The notes under the pieces were generated by a model. The model was not told the DNA's origin and searched no databases. It worked only from the letters and a program-made list of their open reading frames with translations. DNA of 33,558 bases from the NCBI GenBank assembly GCA_900617105.1, contig UYFQ01000838.1, positions 1-33,558 of the forward strand. Direction: 5' to 3'. This document shows, one piece after another, positions 1 through 13,158 of the stretch; position 1 is the first letter of the stretch, and every line of letters starts with the position of its first letter. The position numbers were made by a program, and so were the translations under genes. This DNA is from Hydrurus foetidus. Taxonomy: Eukaryota.

Positions 1-519
1 TTCTTATCTTTCCTTTCTTTTATTCTTCTTCTATCATTTTAATTTCTTATCTTTCCTTTATTCTTCTAATCATTTTAATTTCTTATCTTTCCTTTCTTTT
101 ATTCTTCTTCTAATCATTTTAATTTCTTATCTTTCCTTTCTTTTATTCTTCTTCTAATCATTTTAATTTCTTATCTTTCCTTTCTTTTATTCTTCTTCTA
201 ATCATTTTAATTTCTTATCTTTCCTTTCTTTTATTCTTCTTCTAATCATTTTAATTTCTTATCTTTCCTTTCTTTTATTCTTCTTCTAATCATTTTAATT
301 TCTTATCTTTCCTTTCTTTTATTCTTCTTCTAATCATTTTAATTTCTTATCTTTCCTTTCTTTTATTCTTCTTCTAATCATTTTAATTTCTTATCTTTCC
401 TTTCTTTTATTCTTCTTCTAATCATTTTAATTTCTTATCTTTCCTTTCTTTTATTCTTCTTCTAATCATTTTAATTTCTTATCTTTCCTTTCTTTTATTC
501 TTCTTCTAATCATTTTAAT
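1..519 (+). repeat. 44-bp tandem minisatellite (~12 copies, cut by the window edge) inside an intron
   Basis: Unit TTCTTATCTTTCCTTTCTTTTATTCTTCTTCTAATCATTTTAAT recurs every 44 nt (e.g. 124, 168). The first two copies are slightly shorter variants. The array runs into the acceptor TCAG at 531-534. Confidence 0.95.
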
Positions 520-534
520 TTTTTATCTCTTCAG

Positions 535-3500
535 GTGTTGAGAAGAGAGAAGAAGATCAGACCAGTTCTGTCGGAGATCTTCTCAGAGACATAGAGACCG
601 CTCTCGACACCGTGCTGGATGAAAGGGAAAAACAACTTCAACAACAGGTAACTCTCGTCCTTTGATACAATGCGCCCAGTTTTCTTTTTCATACTTCAAT
701 GCTTCTATGTTTTCATTTGTTTTCTTTTCTTTTGATTTGATTTGATCATGTAGTGTGCTATGTATTTTCATCTCCATGTCTTCTACTCCGATGATAATTA
801 TGATGATATTTCTACACGTGAAATAGGGAGCCACTTATTTTTTGCCTCTTTTTCCGATACTATTTATCTCTCCATTCTTCCATTTTTATCTTTGTCCTTG
901 TCGTTCTTTTTTGTTCTTTACAACCACTCTGTCTAACATCATTTTGATTTCTTCTTCTCCATGCTCACTAGTGCCTTGTCATACTTACAACTCTGTCCAT
1001 GTTCATTAAGCTTTGCTCTGCCTACTGTTTGTTTGATTATTTCCTTATGTGGAATTAGGGGGCAAATCCTGGGGTATCAAATGCAGTCCTTTGCATACAT
1101 ATCAATTAACTGACAACATAATGCCTTTTCTTATCAGAATCTCTTCCTCACTCATAATCATTATCATGATCATTCAGCGCCATGTAATCGTATTATCCTG
1201 TCTAATTATCTTAACGTCTAATTACATTAACGTCTAATTATCTTAACGTCTTATTGCCTTAACGTCTGATTATCTTATCTTCCTAATTGCAATCATTTAC
1301 AACCTTCTTATCGTATCACATCATGTCATCTAATTATCTTTACACATCATTATCATTCGCTTAGGGACAGTTGTTAGGAAACGGCACTGCGTCACTTGGC
1401 AACTCCCAGATACTACCCGGATCTCCGGGCGAACAAATTCTGTCCCCCTTCAGCAGATTGCACGTACGTACTTACCATAGATCGTTAGTAAATAAATATA
1501 TCTAGTAGTAATGTGGTCGCGTAATATCATCTGTAATTTGTAAAATTGAGAGTTCCTGCCGCTGTTACGCTGACAGCCTTCTTCGATCCTTGTTCCTCTC
1601 GTACAAATCCTAACCTTTTCTTCTCTTCTCTTCTCTTCTCTTCTCTTCTCTTCTCTTCTCTTCTCTTCTCTTCTCTTCTCTTCTCTTCTCTTCTCTTCTC
1701 TTCTCTTCTCTTCTCTTCTCTTCTCTTCTCTTCTCTTCTCTTCTCTTCTCTTCTCTTCTCTTCTCTTCTCTTCTCTTCTCTTCTCTTCTCTTCTCTTCTC
1801 TTCTCTTCTCTTCTCTTCTCTTCTCTTCTCTTCTCTTCTCTTCTCTTCTCTTCTCTTCTCTTCTCTTCTCTTCTCTCTTCTCTTCTCTTCTCTTCTCTTC
1901 TCTTCTCTTTCTCTTCTCTTCTCTTCTCTTCTCTTCTCTTCTCTTCTCTTCTCTTCTCTTCTCTTCTCTTCTCTTCTCTTCTCTTCTCTTCTCTTCTCTT
2001 CTCTTCTCTTCTCTTCTCTTCTCTTCTCTTCTCTTCTCTTCTCTTCTCTTCTCTTCTCTTCTCTTCTCTTCTCTTCTCTTCTCTTCTCTTCTCTTCTCTT
2101 CTCTTCTCTTCTCTTCTCTTCTCTTCTCTTCTCTTCTCTTCTCTTCTCTTCTCTTCTCTTCTCTTCTCTTCCTCTTCCTCTTCTCTTCTCTTCTCTTCTC
2201 TTCTCTTCTCTTCTCTTCTCTTCTCTTCTCTTCTCTTCTCTTCTCTTCTCTTCTCTTTCCTTCTCTTCTCTTCTCTTCTCTTCCTCTTCTCTTCTCTTCT
2301 CTTCTCTTCTCTTCTCTTCTCTTCTCTTCTCTTCTCTTCTCTTCTCTTCTCTTCTCTTCTCTTCTCTTCTCTTCTCTTCTCTTCTCTTCTCTTCTCTCCC
2401 TTTCATAATTTCCCTTCTCTTTTTCTTGCCACATCTCTTCCCCTCTTCCTCCTCACCACTTCTCTACGCTCCTCTTCTTTCCTAACCCCACTCCACCAAT
2501 ACTCTCCTCACTTTCCGTAGCTAGTATCACCCCTACCCTCCTTTCCTGCATACTCCCTACCCCGCCCTCACCGCTCACCTCCTAAAACCACCTCTCCCTT
2601 CTCTACCCCACATAGACCCCATCGCACATAAAGAACATTCCCCATTTAGAGATGGGATATGACGCGGGTAAGGCCTTTGCGAAACCCAGAGCAATGAAGT
2701 CAAGGGTGCTCAGCAGAGAGGGAAGTCCGCAAGCCGTATTTAACGGGAAGAGCAGGAGTGCTTCACCGCGAGATAGGTGAGTGGAAACAAGTAGCACGAG
2801 AAGTAGGGAAGAGAAATGGGAGAGGAAAAGTCAAATAAGGAGGAGATAGCGACAGAGAGAAAGTGGAGGATGAGGGAGGGGGGAGAGAGGAAAAGAAGTG
2901 GAAGAGAAAGGAATGGTGAGGAATAGAATAAGGAAAGCGTGAAAGTGAAAGGAGAGGGAGAGAAGGAGAAGATGGAGAGTAAATGGAGACGTACAGCTAA
3001 GGCGCTATGGTGTATTGTTTTATCGTGTAGCATGATGTGGTATAGTATCATTTTGACATTGGATGATATTGTATAGCGCAGCACAGTATAGAACGTAATA
3101 GAATGGAACAGGATTGTTGACGGGGGAGATTGTCAAGTCATGAGTCAGAGATGAGAGAGTTATGGAGATAGGTGGAGAAAAAGATAATGAGTTATCAAAG
3201 TGAAGGATAAAAAGAAAAGTGAGTTGAGAGATAAAAAGAAAAGAGTCATGAAGAAATGCACTGCAGAGAGAAATGCAATTAAGATTTAATTAAGAGAGAC
3301 GACTAGAGTTTAGTGCAGATTATTATCTCTGCCTTAAATTGCTAATTTATTGAAAATTGTGCTCGCTTGCATCTCATGTGACTATAATTACTATCACACT
3401 TGTCCTATGTACATTCGTCACAATCATTACTTGCAACATCACTCCTACCACACTCTGACCACTCATCATAAGTCAGTCACCATCGCCTCATACACTCCCT

Positions 3501-3809
3501 CCCTCCCTGACTGTCATCGTTATGACTTTGTGTGTTATCACATCACATGTCATATTTGCTAAATCCAAGGAAGCATTTTTATTGATAAAGTAACAGACAC
3601 GTAAAATAATTCACCACATAAAAACATTCACCAACAATTCATTTAAATTAAACATTTTCACAATCAATGACAGCGAAGAAGAAGAACAGGATGATCCGTT
3701 AAATCGCTCCATATTAAAAGCTTCTTCTATGAAAAACATAAAAGCAGCCGAAAAAAAGGCAGCAAAAGATTTTAAGAACAAATTAGATGTTTCAAATACC
3801 ATAAAATGA
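535..3809 (+). CDS. 3' part of a multi-exon gene for a hypothetical coiled-coil/low-complexity protein; exons 535-647, 1365-1463, 2616-2776, 3674-3809
   Basis: Four GT-AG-bounded exons with mutually compatible phases give ...VEKREEDQTSSVGDLLRDIETALDTVLDEREKQLQQQ|GQLLGNGTASLGNSQILPGSPGEQILSPFSRLH|TPSHIKNIPHLEMGYDAGKAFAKPRAMKSRVLSREGSPQAVFNGKSRSASPRD|SEEEEQDDPLNRSILKASSMKNIKAAEKKAAKDFKNKLDVSNTIK*. The 5' end lies outside the window. No domain recognised. Confidence 0.7.
1200..1279 (+). repeat. 16-bp tandem repeat x5 (GTCTAATTATCTTAAC), intronic
   Basis: Copies start at 1200, 1216, 1232, 1248 and 1264, with 0-3 substitutions each. Confidence 0.85.
1614..2404 (+). repeat. (TTCTC)n microsatellite, ~790 nt of pure pyrimidine, intronic
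   Basis: Directly visible, with only a few phase slips. It is the source of the spurious EEKRR and FSSLL ORFs. Confidence 0.99.
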
Positions 3810-5426
3810 TTGTGTATTATAGACACTTCATATTTTTTTGACTTTTTAATGCGTATAGCGTATATTCAAAAATATTCGAATTGAAGTATCAATTAATTAT
3901 TGTATTTAGTAAATAGTACGAGTGTTGCGACATTATAGTAGGGCAGTAAGTGAAGTTCGATATGTGAAGTTTCATCGTATGAGTGTGTAAATAAAACAAT
4001 CAACTGTTGGTGTCTAACTCAACTGTCTTGTCCTGTCTTGTCTTGTCCTGTCTAATCTATCTCCAACAACATCTCATGTCATCATATCTTTATTTTCTTT
4101 CGTCACACCCTACTCTCTTCTTATCTAACCCACTTTTTATTTTTGTAATATTTCTCTACTTTTCATTTTTTTCTCACAATAAATAGAGATTTAATTTGAA
4201 ATTCATCTATTAAACCACAGATTATGTTTTAGCAAGAGTAACATGTCACTTTGCAAATGCTCTACTTCTTGTTAAGTCAGGAAAATATTAGATTTCTACG
4301 GTGTAGAGGAGAGGAAGACTTAGTGAAAAGAAAAAGAGTGACAAGAGGTGAAAAAACAGCGAAAGAAAGTTGGGATGTAAATAACAGTGAGAAGATTTCT
4401 ATTGGCAGGATACGATGCCCCGTGATGTAGTGGGTAGATGCTTCTAGATACCATCTACTATAATAGAATACAGTGCAAGATAAGACAAGGTGAAAAGTAA
4501 AACATGAAGAAAAGTTTGGAACTCATAAAAAGAAGCAAAATAATCGAAATCAGATGAGAAAAATAAGATTAAGATGTGTAAGCAAAATGCATCTCATTTA
4601 ATTCGGAAGGATTGTAGTATGGCATATGGACAAGTGAAGAATGTCATACGGATTAGCATGGAGCAGCGGAACATTTGGCTGCATCACTTCTTTGATCTGA
4701 TTTAAGTTGAGTGCTGCGCCACATTGACGTTTACGTGACATTACTTGTCGAAGGTATTGTGCAAATTATTCCACTAACATTCAAACTCTCTAGTATTTTC
4801 TGAAAGTTTCTCGCAGTGCATCGTGTTGCGAGGTATTGTTCACTCCTGCTTTTTAACTGTCTTTTATTTTTGAATTATCACCGCAATGAGAGCGACGAGA
4901 CAAATGAACAAGAAATAATGTTTCTAGTATGCTGTTGATTAAAATCACATACGTAATTCAAAAGAAAGATTCGTAACTAATAGATGTGATGTGAAAAAAT
5001 ATAACGCATCAATCGTAGTAGCGAAACACTTCACGGTATTATTTAGCCGTAAATTTCATTAATTTAATCTAATCTTACCCCGTGCGATATGATTTTATTT
5101 TTACTCAATCGCGCTGCACTGCATCGCTGCTATTTACTACACTGTTATACGCACGTCGATGAATGAGCCAAAACAAATTATCTTATTGTGTTGCGGTGCA
5201 TTGCATCGTTTTTCATTTTTTGAATTAAGCAGTATATATTCAATCATGTAATACACGGCGACAACATATCACATTATAGGGGTCAGTGTGCGGAAACGAG
5301 AAGGTAAACATGAATTGCGTATTGTATACGCTGTCTTATCTCACTCTCTAATCTTTCACAGATTCCAGTCTAAGGTCCAAGATCCTTCCAGAGATTCGGT
5401 GTCAAAGAATGTTCCGAAGATATTTC

Positions 5427-7210
5427 TTATTTTTTCTTCGGAGTTTTGACTTTCTTATCCGATCCTCCCGCAACAAACGAATATGCTCTACCTGCTACTT
5501 TTTTCATTTTTTTGAATGCGGGAGATTTCGATGTTGTTTTTGCTGTCAGGAAAGATGATGATGATGACGCAGTTGATTCTGGGGAAATCCCTTTAGGGCT
5601 GTGCGCTGCGAATATAACTTTCGACTGCTTGACTGAACAGGCGGAGGTGAGAGGGAGTAGAGCGACTTTGTCATCCTTCCTTTCATCCCTCTCTCCCTCT
5701 CCCTCTCCTACTTCATCTTCTCTTCCTACTCCACCCTCACTCTCGTCTACTCCACTGAAGTCTTCATCACGCACGCACCGCACGCCATTCACTCTCAGAC
5801 ACCCTTCTCCTTTCTCCACCTCTACCTCCTTTCCCCCTCCTTCTTCCTCTATTTTGGTCAACGCAGTATTCTCTGCAGATGAGTTGTGATACCCGTCTCC
5901 CTCACGGTCTCTACTCGACTCCTGGTCTACGTCGCACTCAGATGGAATGTCGATTGTAGAGGTCAATGTACATTGCTCCACACACTCCACAATATTGATG
6001 TCAACAATTGATGAATAAGTCGACTCTGTAGTGGACTGCGACAAGGGAGATAGTAACTGCTCACTTAGTAACCGAGAGGGCTGCATGAGTCTGCCCTTAC
6101 ACGGTGACTTGTCATCATCAACCGATTCCTCCCCATCCATATTGGCTGATAGGTAGCTGTGCTTCATCAACTTCCTCTGCTCTTTCTTTGGCTCCTTTTT
6201 CTGCAGTTTCTTGACCGCCATTGAGGACATGTAAGAAGAACTCGCTGATGACGATGATGAAACCGATGCATCATCCTCATCCGCACAGTCTAACACTGCT
6301 TTACTGGCATCACAATTCAACGATGAGTTGTGATTGCTCATTGCAGTTGATATGAGGAATGTATAGATGTCGGGGTCTTCCAGGCGTGTCGAGTATTCAG
6401 TCGCGCTTACTCCGTCCTGCATTTATTGATAGTAGTGATTAGTGCGATACTGTTAAAAACGAGGGATGCAAATGTTGTACGCTGTGATGACTGACCTTAT
6501 CCAATGCACAGATGTCCACATCCTGTGTTATCAGATACTTCACCATGTCAAGCTCGTTGCTACTCACAGCAAGATGCAGTAGTGGAAGACCATCAACCCT
6601 TATGTCTTTGTACCGAAGATGACACTTTGAAGTGACGAATGCGAGTCCTTCAATGTCTCCAGCTTGCACTAGATTCGCTAGCTCGCGGAGACGTACCACG
6701 GTCATCTCATTTTCCCGACTGTGATAAACACGTAATTGAAGTCAACATCGCCATCATACAAAAAACATTAGCAGCTCAAATTCGTTGTCGCAGCCGTTAC
6801 CTAATCGATGGGGACATGATGTCAAATGGCGAGACTAAGTATTCGTCGTCGTCGAATTTCACAGGAGAAGGTGAGAAATACAGAGATGAATCAGTACTGA
6901 CTGGCCAAGGAGAAGACAGATGAGGAACCCCATTGATCATATGAATTGTATGACCGGGAGCAGTTTTTTGCGAACGAAAAGATTTGAAATCGTTCTTTCG
7001 GTCATCGCTATCATTCAAGCACATGAGTATCGAGTATCCCTGTCCCATCTCTGCCCAGCTTGTCAAAGGACAGCTAAATGCTAAAAATTGCTCGATCTTA
7101 CTCGTCTATGATATATTCACCTCGATAAGCTTCACTGGAGAGGTCATCAATCTATTATTGGCGTCATGCTTATCAGCCGAATGACTTGTTACACTTTTCT
7201 TCAACGTCAT
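5427..7210 (-). CDS. Ankyrin-repeat protein with a long disordered Ser/Glu/Lys-rich C-terminus; exons 7210-7121, 7039-6801, 6718-6496, 6416-5427
   Basis: Spliced sequence GLPLLHLAVSSNELDMVKYLITQDVDICALDK|DGVSATEY matches the ankyrin consensus (G-x-T/P-P/L-LHLA...VKxLL...D+N..D.DG.T/SA). Introns of 81, 82 and 79 nt are GT-AG and in phase. The first exon is the least certain. Confidence 0.75.
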
Positions 7211-8256
7211 GTTACGCGACACTTCCTATGAATTTAAGGTCACATTTTCATTTTTCATTTTTCATTTTTTTTGAGATCTGAGATTCCGTGGCCGATCTAT
7301 CCGAAGATGCTCTGCAAGATATTTCGACTGTCTCCTAATGGATGAATTTCGGAAAGCATAGTGTCCCGTGAATCGGAATCAAATTCACTCATCGATGCCT
7401 AATACAGTGAATTATACTCCTTTCAGGTGAAGTAAATGTTCCTGACGTTGAAATTCTCGTATCACTCGACGCTACATGATAGTAGCAAAGTGCATGGTTG
7501 ATCAGTTTTATCTTTAGACGAGACGAAACGACATTATATCATGGCCAATACTGTCTGAATTCAAACAAAATACAAAATATAAAGCCCCTGAAAATTCAAT
7601 CGGAAAAAGTGCCCTTGGCGTGTCCATGGCGCCTCGTAAGTGACAGTGAAGCGAAGTAAAGTGAGTGTGTCTACGAACACGCTTCATAGGCAGGAAACGA
7701 ACAGAGCGAAATTGCATAAAATATTTCCTTTGCACTCCCATTCTTTCATACGACACCATATAAGATGATTCGAAACGGACTGAGGTTACAACATGTGCAG
7801 TGAATTTCATAGTACTTTTCAAATCCTAGATACAAGAAAACGTTTTCTTCCAAATTAGGTAATCAAAGTTAAGTAAATTGGATCTGTTTGACATTACAAA
7901 AGGAAAAGAACAGTTGCAAAATTATTTGGATTTAACAAAAATCCTGGAATTTTAGTAATTTTTCTTGCATTAGATAGTATGACATTAATTTTTTGGATTA
8001 CTCTTGAATTTTAAAAGAAAGAGGAAATAAAAGATGAAAAAGATTTTTTAGATGCTAATTTAGAGCAAAGAAAAAATCTGAAAAAAGGTCTAAATTGAGA
8101 CGAATATCAGAGAAATTTTTCTTTAATTAATATCTATAATCCGCTCATCATCAGCACTTCTAACAAGTCTAAAAATAAAAAATTATCACGATTTGCCAAT
8201 GCTTTTTTCACCGTTTTTCAGCAGGATAATGAACACCGTTTTCACCGTGTTCATCT

Positions 8257-11200
8257 TTACTGTTTTTTCACTACGGCCATTAAAGTGTCCAAGGCGCCTT
8301 TCCCTTTCAGAGGATTGTTATACGGATCGTCCTGATAAACGGTGAAAAAGAGCAAAAAATGTAAGATGAAATAAAAGAAATGTAAGATGAAATAAAAGAA
8401 GAAGTGAGTAGATGAAGAAAAATAAATAAACGAGTAGACGAAGACGAAAATAAATAGCAAGACTGATGAATGAAATGGAGTACGAAACACTTCTCATTTA
8501 TATTGATTTAGTTATGTCGTTTATAAGATTTGCAGGGGGAGTCTGTTGGTTTCTTCCTGATCGGAAACAAACACATTTGGAGTATACTAATAATGATCCT
8601 ATTTTCAGTACTTTAAGGAAATAATCTCGAAAGACTACAAGAAAAAATATCAAAAACATTCACAAAAAAAGGAAAAGAAATGAACTACTTTAACAGTTTA
8701 AAAAAACAAAAAAGGAGATTGATCATATTAAATACCTCGTCATTCAGACTTCCTCCATATTCCGCGTCATCCGCGTCTTTCTTCACAGAATTATCTTCTG
8801 CGGACCCTGGACCCAAACCCTGTGATAATTCCAGATCTCCCGCATTGTATTCTGGATCATCTTCAAGATCGGCTAGGTCAGTAGACAGAGGAGAATAGGC
8901 GTGTATCTGAAGATTGCTCGTAGGCGCCCACAGAAAGGCTATAGCAACGAACACCATGAAGTACGTCACTTCCCACAGCGCATCAACCGTCCATCTGTCT
9001 CTCCAATTACTGTCGTCTCCTGTCTCCGTGTTCGACCGTATTACACTGCCGTATAACACCCAGCAGCAATTGGCAAACAACGATAAAAACAACACATGCC
9101 GGAAATTACGGTATAATACATATTTAGCCGCTTGTTTTCTTGCGGCAAGCCCGCTTAATATATTATTGATTGATAAAAATACCCAGCAGTAAAATGTGGT
9201 ATCGACCGCTGCAAGGAGAAAAACAACTAACGAAAATATCGTGTCATTCAAATCGCCTGCTTTTCTATTTCGAGATGGCATTGAGTTTGTTATTGTGTAG
9301 TAGAGGGAGAGAGTAAAGTACGCCACTCCAATCCCTAACACTTTCCCCATTTGACTTCCGAGACTGGGCCGGACAACACCGTAACCGAGAGTCACCAAGA
9401 GGACGACTACACGTGACACTGCTCGCTGTGAGATAGAAAGAAATATAATACATGTGTTAGATTCAAGTGTAGCGAAGAAAAGAGAATGAGGATGGTCAAA
9501 CAAAGAAATTTCGATACATTCACCTGGGCATAAGCGAGATAAACATCGTCAACATTTACAAACACGATTATAAAAGGTACCAATTAAAAATATGTAAAAA
9601 ACAAACACAAAGAAGGATTGTTTGCAAAATGCAAATCAGCCTTAATATGAAAAAATACCTTCAGAACTCCGAATATCAAGGCTAATATGGTGACACCAAT
9701 GGACGGAGATCCGAAGTCGTTCCAATTTAAGTATTGGCCGAATAGCACTGTTGTTTCCGTCATGCCCAGAGCTAGTACTAAGCTGATCCAAAACTGAAGT
9801 GGCATCAAATTTTCACTACAATGTGTACATTTTTTTTAGTTCGTTCGCTATTATTGTTATCATAATTGTCATTTTTGAGTTTACTTTATTTACAAGAATT
9901 GTGATTTGACGAGTTCAATCATTATGAACTGTTCTACATACACTCGTATATACAGACAGATACATATATATCTGAATCAGCATCTATTTACAACTATCAT
10001 GTCAGACAGCATGGACAAAAAAAACACGAAACTGGTAGTTTAGTTACACGGGATAAAAGTAAAAAAATGTGGCAAAGTAATGAAGATAGAAATATGAATG
10101 AAAGATGATATGACTGGAATTTAAATGCTGTGTCACGATTGAATATGAAAAATTCGAATAATTGATGTGATAGACTATTTTTACTATATGAAATGAAATG
10201 AAATGACATGTTATGATATGTTGTAATAGATTGATGTTACTAATTGATATTTTAACGTGATGTTGTAATTAGACATATTTAGGTAAAATAACGTTATAAT
10301 ATCGGAAAATAAAATGTCATTATGATGTTATATAACAGAAGTGATCTTATATCTCATCGTATTTTGTATTTTCTAGTACTGCACAATCCTGCACAATCCT
10401 TACCTATGACAAAAACACAATAGAAGCCAAACGATTCCAACTACCGAGTACAACAAACTGAGACAGCCGTAGAAGGGAAGGTTACTGTATAAATCGGCCG
10501 GCAGATATCCGTCTACAAAAATTGAATGGATAACAAAAATCAAAGAAATTATAATTGCGAAATTTCTTAAAAACATTCATTCTCTATCGTAGACATTATT
10601 TTGATAGTACAAATTATAGAATAAGTTTTTTCATAATAAATATAAAGACAGTTAATAACTTACATTTCATGTCTAAAAAGTAACCGAGAATTGTCAGGTC
10701 ACATTGACAGATTTGTATCCATCTAATAGCAATAACAATAACAATAAATATAGTGCGGCATGAAGTCACATAACACGGAGTTATTAGGCAGTACATAGTA
10801 TGACATCATATTCAATAAAAATAACCGGATAAAGTTATAAGTGCCCCCTCTCTCCTTTCGATGACAAGATTTTAATGTGGTCGCGACTCAAGAGTCGTGT
10901 TTAATGCATTTGTCGTTTTTAATCGGGTACCAGCCCCCCATACAACAACACACAACATTCTTTACTCTGGGCGGTCCCCTGGGGGATAGTTTTTTTTCAG
11001 TCGTGAAATATGCTGTGTGTTGTTGTGTGGGGGGCTGGTACCCGATTGAAAACGACACATGAATTTAACACGACCCTTGAACTCAATATAATAGAGCAAT
11101 ATTAAAGAATGTAATATTGCAGAATTTTATCACAAATCCTGGACTACGTACCACACAATCGGACATTCCTAACTCACAAGAATAATATAGTACTTCATTG

Positions 11201-12292
11201 ATAGCTTACACGGGTCTAAGGAGTCGATGCTCCCACTGATCTTCAACGGTGGAGAACTTGGATCGCATACCCCCATTAGCAAGACGTATATACCGGATTT
11301 CACTATGTCGTGATGCGCAACAGCACCCTACAGTGATGATGTTGAAATAATGAGGATATCAAGATAGCGAAATACTGTAATCGCGGAGAGATGGAGATAT
11401 TGTGTGATTCTATTGACTGCGGAAAGTGTTGAAGAATGTTGTTATAGGATTTAATTGAAGGAAAGCGTTAAACAGAGTTATCTTTTGAATTAATTGCGGA
11501 GAATATATAGCCATCCTAAGAGTCATTTAATGAGAGTATTCTGGAACGATTAGATACATTTTGAGTAGTTGAAAAGCATTCAGTCTTTGTTGCAAGCATG
11601 ATGAAATTATTTGAAAAGTCGTTTGTTGCATTCTTTTATGTTAAGAAAGGAGTAATAGTCAGTCAATTCTTACATAATGAGAAAAAGATAAACTTTGTCC
11701 TGGAGCAACTTTTATGCTCCTCAAGAAAGCACCGGGGAGATCGAGAGGATTAATCATAGTATTCAAATCTTCCGGGTCACAACTGCGAAAATGCGGAGAT
11801 TGCGTAGAAAATAAGCAATAGAAGTCTCATTTTCTTTCAGTTTTTCAGATCAGTCGGTATGGTACTGTACATAGGCATCTAATGGTTTGTGAAAGAATAC
11901 TCATAGAATGAATAGTCGACTTACTCTCCCTCGGTAATCATATTGCTTGTGCAGCAAAATTGTCTATTGGGCCAGTAATCCATCCAGTACATTTCAGTTG
12001 TTTCTTCGAACATCAGCATTTGAAATGTTGAATTGCGACAGTCTGATGATGATGGCAGGTTGCATTCATTATGAAGAGTGACTCTTGACAGGTCTATGAA
12101 TGAATGACCATGTCCTGGTGACCAGTGAGGAGCATCCACAGCAGAATATTTGGGAATAGTCAAATACTCAGGATGAAGAGGAACGATGGAATGTTTATGG
12201 TAAGGTATGACTTCAGCTGATGTTCTCTCGAACGAAAGCATCAAAAGCGCAGCTGCGAGCATCGATGACGAGGGCGGCAATCTAATTCTCAT
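8257..12292 (-). CDS. TMEM87: Lung seven-transmembrane (GOST) family protein, TMEM87/PTM1-like; exons 12292-11925, 11782-11674, 11327-11210, 10512-10404, 9815-9659, 9425-8736, 8331-8257
   Basis: Signal peptide, luminal domain with FCC, then DP|YGYLPAD..LPFY, LQFWI, K|RAVSRVVVLLVTLGYGVVRPSLG, KQAAKYVLYRNF, W..RW..DALW and LWAPT. These motifs are characteristic of TMEM87/PTM1. All six introns are GT-AG and phase-consistent. Confidence 0.92.
10888..11080. mobile_element. Fold-back/MITE-like element with 71-bp inverted arms, in intron 4 of the TMEM87-like gene
   Basis: 10888-10958 matches the reverse complement of 11010-11080 at 64/71 positions with no indels, around a 51-nt spacer. The TSD is ambiguous (AC on both flanks). 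Confidence 0.7.
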
Positions 12293-13158
12293 ATTCGTGT
12301 ACCAAAAGCAATGTAAACTACGATGAATCCAGACAATGCAATAGAAAAAGCCCTTGTTTGCAGATATAAATATTTTTCCTTCTTGTAACGTTAACGGAAT
12401 GACATCATTTGTAGTGGAAAACGTAAGGCTTCTCACTCTCGCAGTGGCAACAGCAGTTCTTCCGAACGTAACAATTCGACGCAATTAAAAGCTGATCAAT
12501 TTTATGAAATGTACACTTGGCACCGTCGACTGAATTGTTCACGGGAGTTCAGAGAAGTTTCGAATTTCCTTGACGATTCGTCTTCTGAAATTTTGAGGGA
12601 TCTTGGTCTTCAGGCAGAATTCTCTTGGTGTCTCCGAGCGAGCCAATACGTGTGATTCGATTTGATATGTAGCTGCATTGGATGCAAATTAGGTATCTAA
12701 TTAACAATGCTGCATGCTGCAAACAATCAATTCGTCTAATTCAATAAATAGATAAGGCTTTCTATAGATACCTCCACGATTAGGTGGATCGGTGGGTCAT
12801 TTTAGATGCTAATTTCAGCTACGCATCTGACGTTAACTACATCAAAAAATGCCGTTCAGAATTTCCTGTTAAACACACTTCCCTATTTACAGTGATCAAA
12901 ATGTCTCATATAATCGATTGTGCTCCGAGAATATACTGTCGGTTCGATTGGGGATCGAGGATTGCGGAAGCTTCGTACGGACAGCACACTGAACGTTTGT
13001 ACGTACCCCATACACTTTGGATTTTCGATTTCAGATTTGGAGGAAGCACTCATATCTGGAGGTATATCTGGAGCAGCTGGAGCAGCAGTAAATGAGATTC
13101 TTAGACAACCCTTTCATATCGTGAATCGTGAATCGTTTCGACGCTTTTGGGAGCGTCA

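Noticed and set aside
1..519. Regular short repeats resembling a CRISPR array
   Set aside because: Head-to-tail units with no unique spacers, eukaryotic intron context, no cas genes.
1450..2520. Three long ORFs (EEKRR/FSSLL repeats)
   Set aside because: Stop-free translations of the (TTCTC)n microsatellite, which lies within a predicted intron.
7059..7192. Alternative 5' model for the ankyrin gene with two tiny introns (41 and 43 nt)
   Set aside because: A single 81-nt GT-AG intron (7040-7120) keeps frame from the same ATG and matches the gene's other 79-82-nt introns. Only RNA-seq can exclude the alternative.
7514..7822. 102-aa ORF and a CAAAATACAAAATA stretch resembling the Harbinger subterminal motif
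   Set aside because: No ATG start, domain, TIR pair or TSD found; the match is low-complexity.
10877..11062. 61-aa Cys-rich ORF
   Set aside because: Translation of the fold-back element within an intron.
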